A program made the translations under genes and the position numbers. A model generated the notes under the pieces. That model had not been told where the DNA came from and searched no databases. It was given only the letters and a program-made list of their open reading frames with translations. Shown in pieces: positions 39,960-51,696 of a stretch of DNA of 64,000 nt. The stretch is from the NCBI GenBank assembly GCA_050309605.1, contig JBNRMN010000034.1, forward strand, positions 96,001-160,000, in the 5' to 3' direction. The DNA is from Anaerohalosphaeraceae bacterium. Its GTDB lineage: Bacteria; Planctomycetota; Phycisphaerae; Sedimentisphaerales; Anaerohalosphaeraceae. How positions within the stretch are numbered: position 1 is the first letter of the stretch; each line of letters opens with the position of its first letter.

Positions 39960-40846
39960 AACTCCGATTCGAAATCCTTGCGCAGCAGTTCAAGCAGATA
40001 CCGTGCGGCTTTGACTAAGTGTTTGTCTTTGCGTATGATAATACCGGTAGGGCGATAAAAGTGTTCATTGGTAAACGCCACCGCTTTCAGGGTGCCGGCC
40101 GCCAGTTCGCTTCGAAGACAAGGCTTGGGAAGAATGCTGATCCCCGCATTGATTTCAACCGCTCGTTTGATGGTTTCAACGTTATCAAACTCCATCAGGA
40201 CGCGAACCGGAACATTGTATTTTTTCAGAATGGTATCCACGTGTCGTCGGGTTGGAACTTCGGCGGAAAAAGCGATAAATTTTTCTCCCTGAAGCTGATG
40301 AATATCAATTTCATATTCCTTCGCAAAAGGATGTTCCGGCGCACAGACCAGCAGCAGCGTTTCATTTTCAAACGGATAGACCTCAATGTTCTTGTCGCGA
40401 TGCGGCAGGGCGACCACGCCGATATCAATACCGCCGCGAAGCAGCCGATCATAAATATCCTTGGCGTTTTGATATTCTATGGATAGATTGACATCCGGGT
40501 AAATGCCCATAAATTTTTTGACATACGGCTGAAGGGTGTGCATGCCGATACTGAAGATGGCCGCCAGATGAATTTTACAGCTTTGACGGCTAAGCTGAAC
40601 AATCTCACTGTTGAGCCGCTGATAGCGTTCAATGATATCCCGACAGGCCTTCAGGAAGATTTCCCCCGCGGCGGTCAGTTCAATGGGGCGTTTTTTGCGA
40701 TCCACCAACTGAACATTGTATTCCATTTCCAGTTGAGCGATTTGCTGTGAAACCGCCGATTGGCTGATGCCGTGTATCTCGGCGGCGCGAGAAAAATTTT
40801 TCAATTCCACTACATCACAAAAAAGTTTGGCGGTTTCCAGATTCAT
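39956..40846 (-). CDS. LysR-family transcriptional regulator (divergent from gdhA)
   Basis: NFSRAAEIHGISQSAVSQQIAQLE HTH; substrate-binding domain. Confidence 0.95.
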   Translation of the reverse strand: MNLETAKLFCDVVELKNFSRAAEIHGISQSAVSQQIAQLEMEYNVQLVDRKKRPIELTAAGEIFLKACRDIIERYQRLNSEIVQLSRQSCKIHLAAIFSIGMHTLQPYVKKFMGIYPDVNLSIEYQNAKDIYDRLLRGGIDIGVVALPHRDKNIEVYPFENETLLLVCAPEHPFAKEYEIDIHQLQGEKFIAFSAEVPTRRHVDTILKKYNVPVRVLMEFDNVETIKRAVEINAGISILPKPCLRSELAAGTLKAVAFTNEHFYRPTGIIIRKDKHLVKAARYLLELLRKDFESEL

Positions 40847-41071
40847 AATAAGATTTTCTAATTCGAGGTATTCCAAAAGATAATTTGTGATAACCACGTT
40901 CTAAAATTATTATAAGTTACTTTAATTTTACTGTAAACAAAAAAAATACAAGCACGGCTGCAGGACGTGTTTTAGAGAAAAAGAGATGTGAAAGCCCCTG
41001 ATTTTGTCATCTATACTTTGGGGGTTTTCGGACAACTGAATGGCTTTTAGATTTGAAAAATCGGAGGTTAG

Positions 41072-42427
<1,356 letters not shown>

Positions 42428-42452
42428 TTGGTGCGTGATTGACGGATAGACC

Positions 42453-42488
42453 AAAGCCCCTTTTCGACATGTCGAAAAGGGGCTTTTT
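42453..42488 (+). terminator. terminator after gdhA (34-bp perfect palindrome)
   Basis: AAAGCCCCTTTTCGACATGTCGAAAAGGGGCTTT followed by TT. Confidence 0.8.
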
Positions 42489-42581
42489 ACATTTCACGAT
42501 AACAAATTGCTATTTATGCGGATTTGCACGTCGAAAATCAAGCATTTCCTTAAAAAAATGCGCTCAAATCAGTTTTACCCA

Positions 42582-42635
42582 TTGCCGTTTGTGTTACGAA
42601 ATTGTAAAATTCGGCATTATGAACAACAAAATTGT
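42582..42635 (+). promoter_or_regulatory. sigma70 promoter of the NifA-like gene with two ACA-W4-TGT-type sites
   Basis: TTGCCG-N17-TAAAAT; sites ACGAAATTGT (42596) and ACAAAATTGT (42626). Confidence 0.65.
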
Positions 42636-42676
42636 ATATTGCTCTGGGGACTCATTTCGTCCTGAAAGGCTGTATC

Positions 42677-44200
42677 ATGGCTAAAAAACTTGCACGAGAG
42701 GTGGAACTGCTGGCGGATGTCGCCAAGGCGTTTGCCGAGTCGCTGCATTTGGAAGCAACGCTGGAGTCGATCCTCAAGGCCCTCGAAATCCACGTCAGCC
42801 TCGAGCGCGGGGCGATTACCCTGCTGGATGCCGACAGCGAGATGATCACCATCAAGGTTGCGCACGGTCTGAGTGAAGAGTCCAAAAAGCAGATTACCTA
42901 TAAAGTTGGTGAAGGCGTAACCGGCCTGGTGGTCCAAAGCGGCAAAGAGGTGGTCGTACCGGACATCAGCAAAGACCCGCGATTTCTGGCCAAAACCGGA
43001 CGGCGAACACGAACCAAAGGCCAAAAAATCGCTTTTTTTTGTGTCCCGATCAAACTGGAAGGTAAAACCATCGGTGCAATCAGCGTGGACCGCAAGGTCC
43101 GCAGCGGCGACGATTTCGACGCCCATGTTCGGTTGCTGGAAGTCGTGGCCACGATGATTGCCCAAGCGGTCAAACTGAACAAATTGGTTGAAAACGATCG
43201 GATGGAACTGCGGACCCAGAACGAACGATTGCTGCGCGAATTAAAAACCCGGTTCAATATTCATAATATGATCGGTACCAGCAGCGCCATGGTTGAGGTC
43301 TATCGCTTGATTGAGCAGGTCGCCAACAGCAACGCCACGGTACTGATTCGCGGCGAAAGCGGCACCGGCAAAGATCTTGTCGCGCACGCCATTCATTACA
43401 ACAGCTACCGGGCCGAAAAACCGTTTGTCAAGGTCAATTGCACGGCCCTGCCGGAAAACCTGCTCGAAAGCGAGTTGTTCGGCCACGAAAAGGGGGCCTT
43501 TACTGGTGCGGTCGAACGCAAACCGGGACGATTTGAGTTGGCCAACGGGGGCACCATCTTTTTAGATGAGATCGGCGATTTTTCGCTGAATCTCCAGGTC
43601 AAGCTGCTTCGCGTCATCCAGTTTAAGGAATTCGAGCGCGTCGGCGGTTATGAGACCATTAAATCGAATGTTCGCATTATCGTGGCCACCAACAAAAACC
43701 TCGAAGAAGATATCAAAAACGGCCTGTTTCGCGAAGACTTGTATTATCGTATCAACGTGTTCCCGATTTATATGCCGCCGCTGCGCGACCGGAAGAACGA
43801 TGTGATGCTGCTGGCGGATTTCTTCCTCGAAAAGTATGCGCGCGAAAACGGCAAAGGCATTAACCGGATTTCCACACCGGCCATTGAGATGCTGACCAGT
43901 TATCATTGGCCGGGCAATGTGCGCGAACTGGAAAACTGTATTGAGCGGGCGGTGCTGTTGTGTGATGAGGATGTGATTCGCTCCGATCATTTGCCGCCGT
44001 CGCTGCAGATGGTACGCAAAACGCAGCCAAGCGATGGCTTGACCCTGCCCGAAAAGGTAGAAAATCTTGAACGTGAAATGATCGTTGACGCCCTGAAAAA
44101 AACCGGCGGTTGTCAGCGGCGTGCTGCGGTGGAACTGGGGGTTACTCAGCGCATCCTCGGCTACAAAATCAAAAAATACACCATCCTTCATCGCGACTGA
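42677..44200 (+). CDS. NifA-like GAF-AAA+-HTH sigma54 activator
   Basis: GAF ([15 protein letters not shown]...DPRFL...FFCVPI), [27 protein letters not shown]; no REC domain. Confidence 0.92.
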   Translation: MAKKLAREVELLADVAKAFAESLHLEATLESILKALEIHVSLERGAITLLDADSEMITIKVAHGLSEESKKQITYKVGEGVTGLVVQSGKEVVVPDISKDPRFLAKTGRRTRTKGQKIAFFCVPIKLEGKTIGAISVDRKVRSGDDFDAHVRLLEVVATMIAQAVKLNKLVENDRMELRTQNERLLRELKTRFNIHNMIGTSSAMVEVYRLIEQVANSNATVLIRGESGTGKDLVAHAIHYNSYRAEKPFVKVNCTALPENLLESELFGHEKGAFTGAVERKPGRFELANGGTIFLDEIGDFSLNLQVKLLRVIQFKEFERVGGYETIKSNVRIIVATNKNLEEDIKNGLFREDLYYRINVFPIYMPPLRDRKNDVMLLADFFLEKYARENGKGINRISTPAIEMLTSYHWPGNVRELENCIERAVLLCDEDVIRSDHLPPSLQMVRKTQPSDGLTLPEKVENLEREMIVDALKKTGGCQRRAAVELGVTQRILGYKIKKYTILHRD

Positions 44201-44220
44201 GAAGATTCAGTCCGTAAATT

Positions 44221-44368
44221 ACAAAATTGTCCCAATAATAAAAATGTTTTACATTATTGTAACATAATCTCTGTATGTCCGCGCCTCCCTGTCCTTTTTT
44301 TAACTCATTGTATAAAATGAGTTTATGATTTTTTTATTAAGACTCCCCGCATATGGAACACGCCTTGC
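44221..44368 (+). promoter_or_regulatory. sigma54 promoter plus paired activator sites (porin-amtB1-glnK1)
   Basis: ACAAAATTGT 44221, ACATTATTGT 44251; TGGAACACGCCTTGC 44354-44368. Confidence 0.8.
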
Positions 44369-44468
44369 TATTTCCAGTATCGTGCTTTGATTGTGAAACA
44401 GGCCTGTTCACGCACGATCGTATGGAAACAATGTAAACAATGAAAACAATGAATCAGGAGAATGTAAA

Positions 44469-45224
44469 ATGAGTGTCAAAAAAACAGCGATGTTGAGTGT
44501 ACTGATGGTGTGTGGGGCGTGTGCTTATGCCGAGTCCGTCGAGATTGATGTAACGGCGGATTTTTTCGGCAAGTACATCTGGCGTGGACAGAATCTGAAT
44601 AATTCAACGGTCTTTCAGCCGGGTGTGGGGGTATCCTATGCCGGCTTGACCGGCGCAGTCTGGGGGAATCTGGATATGACCGATTCCAACGGCGAGCGCG
44701 GCGAGTTTACAGAGTGGGATTTTTCGCTGGATTACACCGTCGCGCTGCCGGGCGCAGAGGGGGTGGATGTCTCGATCGGACTGATCCATTACCACTTCCC
44801 AAGCACTCGGCCGAGCAATACCACCGAGGTGTATTGGGGATTCGAGTTTGATCTTCCGCTTACTCCGTCGATTACCGTATATCACGACGTAGATTCGTTC
44901 AACGGGACGTATGTCTCGCTGGGCGTCGGGCATCATTTCGAAGAATTGTTCCGTCTGAGTCCTCAGATGCCGGTCGGCCTGGATATCGGCGTTAGTGCCG
45001 GATGGGGCAATGCGCAATACAACGGCGATTACTGGGACGTTAAAAACAGCAAACTGAACGACTTGACGGTCTCGCTGGCCTTTCCGATGGATGTAGCGGG
45101 CTGGACGGTCTCGCCGAGCGTCAATTATGTCACGCTTTTGAATAACCGTATTCGCGCGTCGGATGAATACGCTCAAAAGAGCGATTACCTGTTCGCGGGA
45201 TTAAGCGTGTCCAAAAGCTTTTAG
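44469..45224 (+). CDS. putative outer-membrane beta-barrel porin (TorF/TIGR02001-like)
   Basis: Signal peptide, KYIWRGQ, VFQP, EWDFSLDY, amphipathic strands, C-terminal Phe. Confidence 0.75.
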   Translation: MSVKKTAMLSVLMVCGACAYAESVEIDVTADFFGKYIWRGQNLNNSTVFQPGVGVSYAGLTGAVWGNLDMTDSNGERGEFTEWDFSLDYTVALPGAEGVDVSIGLIHYHFPSTRPSNTTEVYWGFEFDLPLTPSITVYHDVDSFNGTYVSLGVGHHFEELFRLSPQMPVGLDIGVSAGWGNAQYNGDYWDVKNSKLNDLTVSLAFPMDVAGWTVSPSVNYVTLLNNRIRASDEYAQKSDYLFAGLSVSKSF

Positions 45225-45254
45225 ATGAAACAAAACGAGATGAGCACATAAGGA

Positions 45255-46625
45255 ATGTATAAAATGAATGACATCCGAGAGAATAAAGGTTGTGGTCGTT
45301 CAGGATTATGGACGGTGGTGTTGATGCTTGCGATAGGTTCTTCAGCGGCGTCGGCGCAGGACGTGTCGGCGGTCGCAGACATCGAAGCGGTACGCGATGA
45401 ATTGCAGTTGAACCTGGATATAGTCTGGACATGTATTGCCGCGTTTTTGGTGTTCTTTATGCAGGCCGGCTTTGCAATGGTCGAGAGCGGTTTTACGCGG
45501 GCCAAAAACGCCGTCAATATCATTATGAAGAATCTGATGGATTTTTCGGTCGGTTCGCTGGCGTTTTATTTGGTGGGTTTCGGGCTGATGTTCGGAGCCA
45601 CCAACGGTCTGTTCGGCACGACGCTGTTTGGACTGAACGGCATCGAGCCGGGAACGGATTGGAACTGGACGTTTCTGATATTTCAGACGGTTTTTGCCGC
45701 CACCGCCGCGACGATTGTTTCCGGCGCGATGGCCGAACGCACCAAATTTATCAGCTATCTGGCGTACAGTGTCTGTATCACGCTGTTGATTTATCCGATT
45801 TTAGGGTCCTGGGCGTGGGGCGGGCTGCTCGACGGCGGCGGCTGGCTGGAAAATCTGGGCTTTCTGGACTTTGCCGGATCGACCGTGGTTCATTCGGTCG
45901 GCGGCTGGCTGGCCCTGGCTGGGGCCGTTATCCTTGGCCCGCGCATCGGAAAGTATGGCCGAGATGGAAGGCCCAAGGCGATTCTGGGCCACAATATTCC
46001 GTTGGCGGCGCTGGGGGTGTTTATCCTGTGGTTCGGCTGGTTCGGCTTTAATCCCGGCAGCACCACCGCCGGCGACGGTTCCATCGGCTATATCGCCGTG
46101 ACGACCAATCTGGCTGCGGCCGCGGGGGCGGTTGCCGCGATGATTACCTCGTGGATTTTACTGAAAAAGCCGGACGGCTCCATGGCCCTCAACGGGGCGC
46201 TGGCGGGACTGGTATCCATTACCGCACCATGCGACGGCGTCACCCCGACAGGGGCGATTCTAATCGGATTGATCGGCGGTGTATTGGTCGTATTAAGCGT
46301 CTTGTTTATTGACCATATATTGAAAGTGGACGATCCGGTCGGGGCGGTCAGCGTCCACGGCGTTTGCGGCGCGTGGGGCACACTGTCGGCGGGGTTGTTC
46401 AATATGGAAACAGGCCTGTTTTATGGCGGCGGAATCGGACAGTTGGCGATTCAGGCTCTCGGCGCGGCGGCGGCCTTTGCGTGGGCGTTCGGCCTTGGTT
46501 TACTGATGTTCTGGACGATCAGCAGGACCATCGGTCTGCGTGTCAGCCCGGAAGAAGAAATGAAGGGGCTGGACATCGGCGAACACGGGATGGAAGCATA
46601 CAGCGGATTCCAGATTTTCAGTTAA
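45255..46625 (+). CDS. amtB: ammonium transporter
   Basis: [41 protein letters not shown] (twin His kept). Confidence 0.97.
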   Translation: MYKMNDIRENKGCGRSGLWTVVLMLAIGSSAASAQDVSAVADIEAVRDELQLNLDIVWTCIAAFLVFFMQAGFAMVESGFTRAKNAVNIIMKNLMDFSVGSLAFYLVGFGLMFGATNGLFGTTLFGLNGIEPGTDWNWTFLIFQTVFAATAATIVSGAMAERTKFISYLAYSVCITLLIYPILGSWAWGGLLDGGGWLENLGFLDFAGSTVVHSVGGWLALAGAVILGPRIGKYGRDGRPKAILGHNIPLAALGVFILWFGWFGFNPGSTTAGDGSIGYIAVTTNLAAAAGAVAAMITSWILLKKPDGSMALNGALAGLVSITAPCDGVTPTGAILIGLIGGVLVVLSVLFIDHILKVDDPVGAVSVHGVCGAWGTLSAGLFNMETGLFYGGGIGQLAIQALGAAAAFAWAFGLGLLMFWTISRTIGLRVSPEEEMKGLDIGEHGMEAYSGFQIFS

Positions 46626-46657
46626 TCCTAATCCCTCAGATGATCGGAGTATGAACG

Positions 46658-46999
46658 ATGAAGCTTATCATTGCCTATATACAGCCGCACAAGCTGGACG
46701 ATGTCAAGAAGTCGCTGACACAGGCGGATGTCGGGAAAATGTCAGTGACCAACTCCCTCGGATGCGGCGCGCAGAATGGCTACCATGAGAGTTATCGCGG
46801 CGTTGAGTTCGATGTCAACCTGCTCAAGAAGATTCGTCTCGAGATCGCCGTCAACGAAGAGTTTGTGCTGAAAACGATTGATGCGATCATCACGGCGGCC
46901 CGAACCGGTCAAATCGGCGACGGCAAAATTTTCGTGCTCGACCTGGTCGAGTGCATCCGAATCAGGACGGGAGAACGCGGGCGGGCAGCCATCGGATAG
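46658..46999 (+). CDS. glnK: P-II family nitrogen regulator
   Basis: T-loop [24 protein letters not shown]. Confidence 0.95.
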   Translation: MKLIIAYIQPHKLDDVKKSLTQADVGKMSVTNSLGCGAQNGYHESYRGVEFDVNLLKKIRLEIAVNEEFVLKTIDAIITAARTGQIGDGKIFVLDLVECIRIRTGERGRAAIG

Positions 47000-47039
47000 C
47001 CCCGCGTCATTGAATCGGGTCGGAAAACACGGAGAAGTT

Positions 47040-47186
47040 ACAAATTTGTCGTTAAATTGTACTGGCGCTACATAAATGTTGAATTTCTCGTGAAAATTCG
47101 ACCCGATCATTTTCATCATAACCTTATTTTATAAACAGGCTTATGAAACGAACAGCGGCGGAATCAGTGACTGGCATACCGTTTGC
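47040..47186 (+). promoter_or_regulatory. sigma54 promoter plus paired activator sites (amtB2-glnK2)
   Basis: ACAAATTTGT 47040, ACATAAATGT 47070; TGGCATACCGTTTGC 47172-47186. Confidence 0.8.
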
Positions 47187-47259
47187 AAATGTGACATGCA
47201 AGGTTTCTGCCAACGTTGGTGGTACGTGAGTGGGTTTCTGGACAACAGGAGAATGATTT

Positions 47260-48630
47260 GTGAGCGGATTACGAACAGCAAAAAAAACGACTCTTATGCG
47301 GCTCATCGGGGTGGGTTTTCTGTGCCTGATGCTGTCCGGCTCAGCCGCATACGCATCGGAGGACCCGGCATTGAATCTGGCGGAATTGCAGCAGGGATTA
47401 GATACGGTGTGGGTCTTGATCGGGGCGTTTCTGGTGTTCTTTATGCAGGCCGGCTTCGGCATGGTCGAGGCCGGGTTTATTCGCGCCAAGAACACCTGCA
47501 ACATCTTGACTAAAAACTTTCTGGATTTCTGCATGGCTTCACTGGGTTTTTTTCTGGTCGGCTATGCACTGATGTTCGGCAACGGCAACGGCTTTATCGG
47601 CACCAGCGGATGGATGCTCATCGGGCTGGAGCCATGGGTCGGTACTGTGCCGCTGTTTGCCTTCTGGCTGTTTCAAGCGGCCTTCTGTGGTGCGGCAGCG
47701 ACGATTGTGGCCGGTGGTATGGCCGAGCGGATGAATTTCAAGGCGTACCTGATTTATTCTTTTCTGATCTCGGCGCTGGTGTATCCGATCATCGGCCATT
47801 GGGTCTGGGGCGAAGGATGGCTCAGCTCGATGGGATTTGCCGATTTTGCCGGTTCGACTGTTGTGCATACGACCGGCGGGATTGCGGCGTTGATCGGAAC
47901 GATGATGCTGGGACCGCGCTACGGCAAGTACGGCATCGACGGCAAGCCGCGTGCAATTGCCGGACACAATATCCCGCTGGCGTCGCTGGGCGTGTTCATT
48001 CTGTGGTTTGGCTGGTTCGGATTTAATTCCGGTTCTACGCTGGGTGTCGAAAGCGGCGGCCTGGACATCGCTCGTGTGGCGATCAACACCAACCTGGCCG
48101 CGGCGCTCGGCGGCATTGCAGCCATGGCAACCGTTTGGATCCGGTTCGGCAAGCCGGATTTGTCGATGGCGATGAACGGGGCGTTGGCCGGACTGGTCGG
48201 GATTACCGCGCCGTGTGCGTTTGTCGAGCCGTGGGCGGCCTGCCTGATCGGTCTGTCCAGCGGTGTGATTGTCGTCTTCGGTGTCGAATTGCTGGATAAG
48301 CTGCAAATCGACGATCCGGTGGGTGCCGTGCCCGTACATGGCCTGTGCGGCATCTGGGGCACGCTGTGTGTGGGTATTTTCGGCAAGGCCGAGTTGGGGC
48401 TGACGTATCCGGGTTTTGTCTATAGCGGCAATCCGATGCAGTTTGGAATCCAGATGGTCGGCAGTGTGGCAACGGTGGTTTTTGTGCTGGCCACAATGGG
48501 CATAATTTTTAAGCTCATCGATTTGACCGTCGGTCTGCGGGTTAACCGTACCGAAGAGCTGCGCGGTCTGGATATCGGCGAACATGGGATGGAAGCCTAT
48601 AACGGATTCCAGATTTTCAGCACGATGTAA
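47260..48630 (+). CDS. amtB: ammonium transporter (second paralog)
   Basis: [40 protein letters not shown]. Confidence 0.97.
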   Translation: MSGLRTAKKTTLMRLIGVGFLCLMLSGSAAYASEDPALNLAELQQGLDTVWVLIGAFLVFFMQAGFGMVEAGFIRAKNTCNILTKNFLDFCMASLGFFLVGYALMFGNGNGFIGTSGWMLIGLEPWVGTVPLFAFWLFQAAFCGAAATIVAGGMAERMNFKAYLIYSFLISALVYPIIGHWVWGEGWLSSMGFADFAGSTVVHTTGGIAALIGTMMLGPRYGKYGIDGKPRAIAGHNIPLASLGVFILWFGWFGFNSGSTLGVESGGLDIARVAINTNLAAALGGIAAMATVWIRFGKPDLSMAMNGALAGLVGITAPCAFVEPWAACLIGLSSGVIVVFGVELLDKLQIDDPVGAVPVHGLCGIWGTLCVGIFGKAELGLTYPGFVYSGNPMQFGIQMVGSVATVVFVLATMGIIFKLIDLTVGLRVNRTEELRGLDIGEHGMEAYNGFQIFSTM

Positions 48631-48659
48631 ATACAACTTCAATACAACGGAGTAACAAA

Positions 48660-49001
48660 ATGAAACTGATTATTGCTTATATTCAGCCGCATAAGCTGGA
48701 CGATGTCAAAAAGTCGCTGACCAAGGCCGATGTCGGCAAGATGTCGGTCACCAACTCGCTGGGCTGCGGTGAACAGATGGGCTACGAAGAAAGTTATCGC
48801 GGCATACGCTTTGAGGTCAATCTGCTCAAAAAGGTGCGGCTGGAAATCGCTGTCAACGAGGATTATGTTCAGCGCACGATCGACGCCGTCATTGAGGGCG
48901 CGCGCACCGGTGAGATCGGCGACGGCAAAATCTTCATTCTTGATCTGGCCGACTGTGTCCGGATTCGCACAGGCGCACGCGGCACCAAGGCCATCGGGTG
49001 A
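48660..49001 (+). CDS. glnK: P-II family nitrogen regulator (second paralog)
   Basis: [23 protein letters not shown]. Confidence 0.95.
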   Translation: MKLIIAYIQPHKLDDVKKSLTKADVGKMSVTNSLGCGEQMGYEESYRGIRFEVNLLKKVRLEIAVNEDYVQRTIDAVIEGARTGEIGDGKIFILDLADCVRIRTGARGTKAIG

Positions 49002-49022
49002 AGCGGACCCGACATTGATGTT

Positions 49023-49168
49023 ACAATTTTGTTTTGTCGGCCTTACTTTCTTGACAATTTTGTAATATTCGTGGATGCCCCGTATTGCTTTAAGTGTGAT
49101 GTAAGCTTTTGTAAATTAAGGTTTTAAGCTAAAAATAATTGAATTGAACGCAATGGCACACAAGTTGC
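49023..49168 (+). promoter_or_regulatory. sigma54 promoter plus paired activator sites (glutamine synthetase)
   Basis: ACAATTTTGT 49023 and 49054; TGGCACACAAGTTGC 49154-49168. Confidence 0.82.
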
Positions 49169-49404
49169 TCTATAGATTAACCGACATTAGCAAAGAAATA
49201 AACCGGGTGTTTCGAAAGGTGCGCCATGCAACGAGGCACCCAACATGATAGCGGCGATTGTGTCGGCGTCGCACTCGGATACGGCATTCGCAGAGACACA
49301 CTTGCGAGTGCTTATGAAAGAAAGTATAATTTACCCGTTTATGGGGAATAGCCGCTGCTCAATTCGGCTTAAACCCATTTCATGAGATGATCAGATGACC
49401 AGGA

Positions 49405-51504
49405 GTGAAAATGAGTAACCAAATCAAATTAAATGAGATTTTCGGGGTTAATGTATTTAACGATGCCGTGATGCGGCTGCGGCTGCCGAAAATGATTTAT
49501 CGTGATTTTGTCAAGGTTCGCAACGGCCAATCGGAGATGACGCAGTCCATTGCCGATATTCTGGCCAACGCGATGAAAGACTGGGCGCTGGAGCACGGGG
49601 CCACTCATTATTGCCACTGGTTCCAGCCGATGACAGGGCTGACCGCAGAAAAGCATGATTCGTTCATCTCGCCGTCTCCGGACGGACGCACCATACTCGA
49701 ATTCAGCGGCAAAGAACTGATTAAGGGAGAGCCGGATGCGTCCTCTTTTCCCTCCGGCGGACTGCGGGCAACGTTTGAGGCGCGCGGCTATACGGCCTGG
49801 GATTACACGTCGCCGGTGTTCATCAAGGGCAAAACGCTTTATATTCCCTCGGCGTTTTGTTCTTATACCGGCCAGGCGCTGGACAAGAAAACGCCGCTGC
49901 TGCGCTCGATGGAAGCGCTGAACAAGCAGTCGCTTCGCGTTTTGCGGGCACTGGGAGAAACGGCCGCGGGGTATGTCAACGCCACGTTGGGGCCGGAACA
50001 GGAATATTTTCTGGTGGACCGCGCATTTTTTGAGAAACGTTTGGATCTGCTGCTCAGCGGCCGAACCCTGTTCGGGGCGCCGTCGCCTCGCGGCCAGGAA
50101 ATGGAAGACCATTACTTCGGCTCGGTCCATGAACGGGTTTTGGCGTTTATGAACGATGTGAACCAGGAATTGTGGAAGCTGGGCGTTTCGGCCAAAACCC
50201 AGCATAATGAAGTTGCACCGGCCCAGTATGAAATAGCGCCGATCTTTACCACTGTTAATGTGGCGACCGACCACAATCAGATTACGATGGAAACACTGCA
50301 AAAGATCGCCCGCCGGCATGGGTTCGTGTGCCTTCTGCATGAGAAACCGTTTGCCGGCGTCAATGGCTCTGGCAAACACAATAACTGGTCTCTGGTAACG
50401 GATACCGGGAACAATCTGCTTGAGCCGGGCAGCACGCCGCATGATAACATGGTGTTTCTGGTGTTTTTGTGCGCTGTGGTACGTGCGGTTGACAAATACG
50501 CCCGGCTGCTGCGTGCGGCAGTGGCCAATCCGGGTAATGAACATCGGCTTGGCGCCAACGAGGCGCCGCCGGCGATTGTGTCGATCTTCCTCGGCGATCA
50601 GTTGACGGATATTTTCGATCAGCTTGCCGCCGGCGGTGTAAAAACCAGTCGGCAGGGCGGAAGCCTTAAGCTGGGCACGTCTCTGCTGCCGCCGCTGCCA
50701 AAGGACTGCACCGATCGCAACCGAACCAGCCCGTTCGCTTTTACCGGCAACAAGTTTGAGTTCCGTATGGTCGGGTCAAGCCAATCCACTTCGGGGCCGT
50801 GTTTTGTGCTCAATACGATGGTGGCCGATGTGTTGATGGAATTTGCCGATGTGCTCGAAAAAAGCAAAGATGTTAAGGGCGAAGCACAGAAACTGCTTAA
50901 GCGCGTCGCTACCGAACATGTGCGGGTCATCTTCAACGGCGACAACTATTGTCAGGACTGGGTCCAAGAGGCCGAACGTCGCGGGCTGCCCAATATGCGT
51001 TCCACGGTGGAATCGCTGGATGTGATCCTCAACAAAGAACATGTTGAGTTGTTCAAACGGCACGGCGTGCTCAGTAAGCACGAACTGCACGCCCGCACTG
51101 AGATATTGTACGAAAACTACAGCAAAACACTGAACATCGAGGCCGGCGTAACGCTGGAAATCGCCAAACGGCAGATTCTCCCGGCCTGCATCCGGTACGC
51201 AACGCGATTGGCCGAGTCGGTCAACAAATTGGCAGAGACGGGAATCACGCCGGCCGTGCCGAAACGAGAACTGGAAAAGGTCAACAGTCTGATTGAAGAC
51301 CTCAGCAGCGCCATTGATGCACTCGAAACAGCGGTCGGTAAGGCCAAGGCGGTTGACAAGGCCCCGGATAAGGCCCGAAGTTTTCGGGACGATGTGATCC
51401 CGGCGATGGCTGAAGTGCGAAAGGCTGCCGACACACTCGAAACCATCGTGGACGCTGAGGTGTGGCCGCTGCCCAGTTACGCCCAGATGCTGTTCCTGCG
51501 ATAG
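49405..51504 (+). CDS. glnN: glutamine synthetase type III
   Basis: [74 protein letters not shown]. Confidence 0.96.
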   Translation: MKMSNQIKLNEIFGVNVFNDAVMRLRLPKMIYRDFVKVRNGQSEMTQSIADILANAMKDWALEHGATHYCHWFQPMTGLTAEKHDSFISPSPDGRTILEFSGKELIKGEPDASSFPSGGLRATFEARGYTAWDYTSPVFIKGKTLYIPSAFCSYTGQALDKKTPLLRSMEALNKQSLRVLRALGETAAGYVNATLGPEQEYFLVDRAFFEKRLDLLLSGRTLFGAPSPRGQEMEDHYFGSVHERVLAFMNDVNQELWKLGVSAKTQHNEVAPAQYEIAPIFTTVNVATDHNQITMETLQKIARRHGFVCLLHEKPFAGVNGSGKHNNWSLVTDTGNNLLEPGSTPHDNMVFLVFLCAVVRAVDKYARLLRAAVANPGNEHRLGANEAPPAIVSIFLGDQLTDIFDQLAAGGVKTSRQGGSLKLGTSLLPPLPKDCTDRNRTSPFAFTGNKFEFRMVGSSQSTSGPCFVLNTMVADVLMEFADVLEKSKDVKGEAQKLLKRVATEHVRVIFNGDNYCQDWVQEAERRGLPNMRSTVESLDVILNKEHVELFKRHGVLSKHELHARTEILYENYSKTLNIEAGVTLEIAKRQILPACIRYATRLAESVNKLAETGITPAVPKRELEKVNSLIEDLSSAIDALETAVGKAKAVDKAPDKARSFRDDVIPAMAEVRKAADTLETIVDAEVWPLPSYAQMLFLR

Positions 51505-51537
51505 CCGCCGTTTTTAATATGCTCAAAAAGTACCCCT

Positions 51538-51575
51538 CCTGCCGGGCGTAATTCTCATGCTCGGCAGGTTTTTTT
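51538..51575 (+). terminator. intrinsic terminator after GSIII
   Basis: CCTGCCGGGCGT/ATGCTCGGCAGG stem plus T7. Confidence 0.8.
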
Positions 51576-51630
51576 GTGTCTTTTTAACATAAGTCGATCT
51601 AATCGAAAAATAAATCGTAGTAATAAATCA

Positions 51631-51659
51631 TTGACTTAACGGGACAAGTTAATTACACT
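51631..51659 (+). promoter_or_regulatory. sigma70-type promoter of gltBD-nadE
   Basis: TTGACT-N17-TACACT. Confidence 0.6.
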
Positions 51660-51696
51660 TGCGATGAAATGAAACAACAAGACAGATCTATTTATT

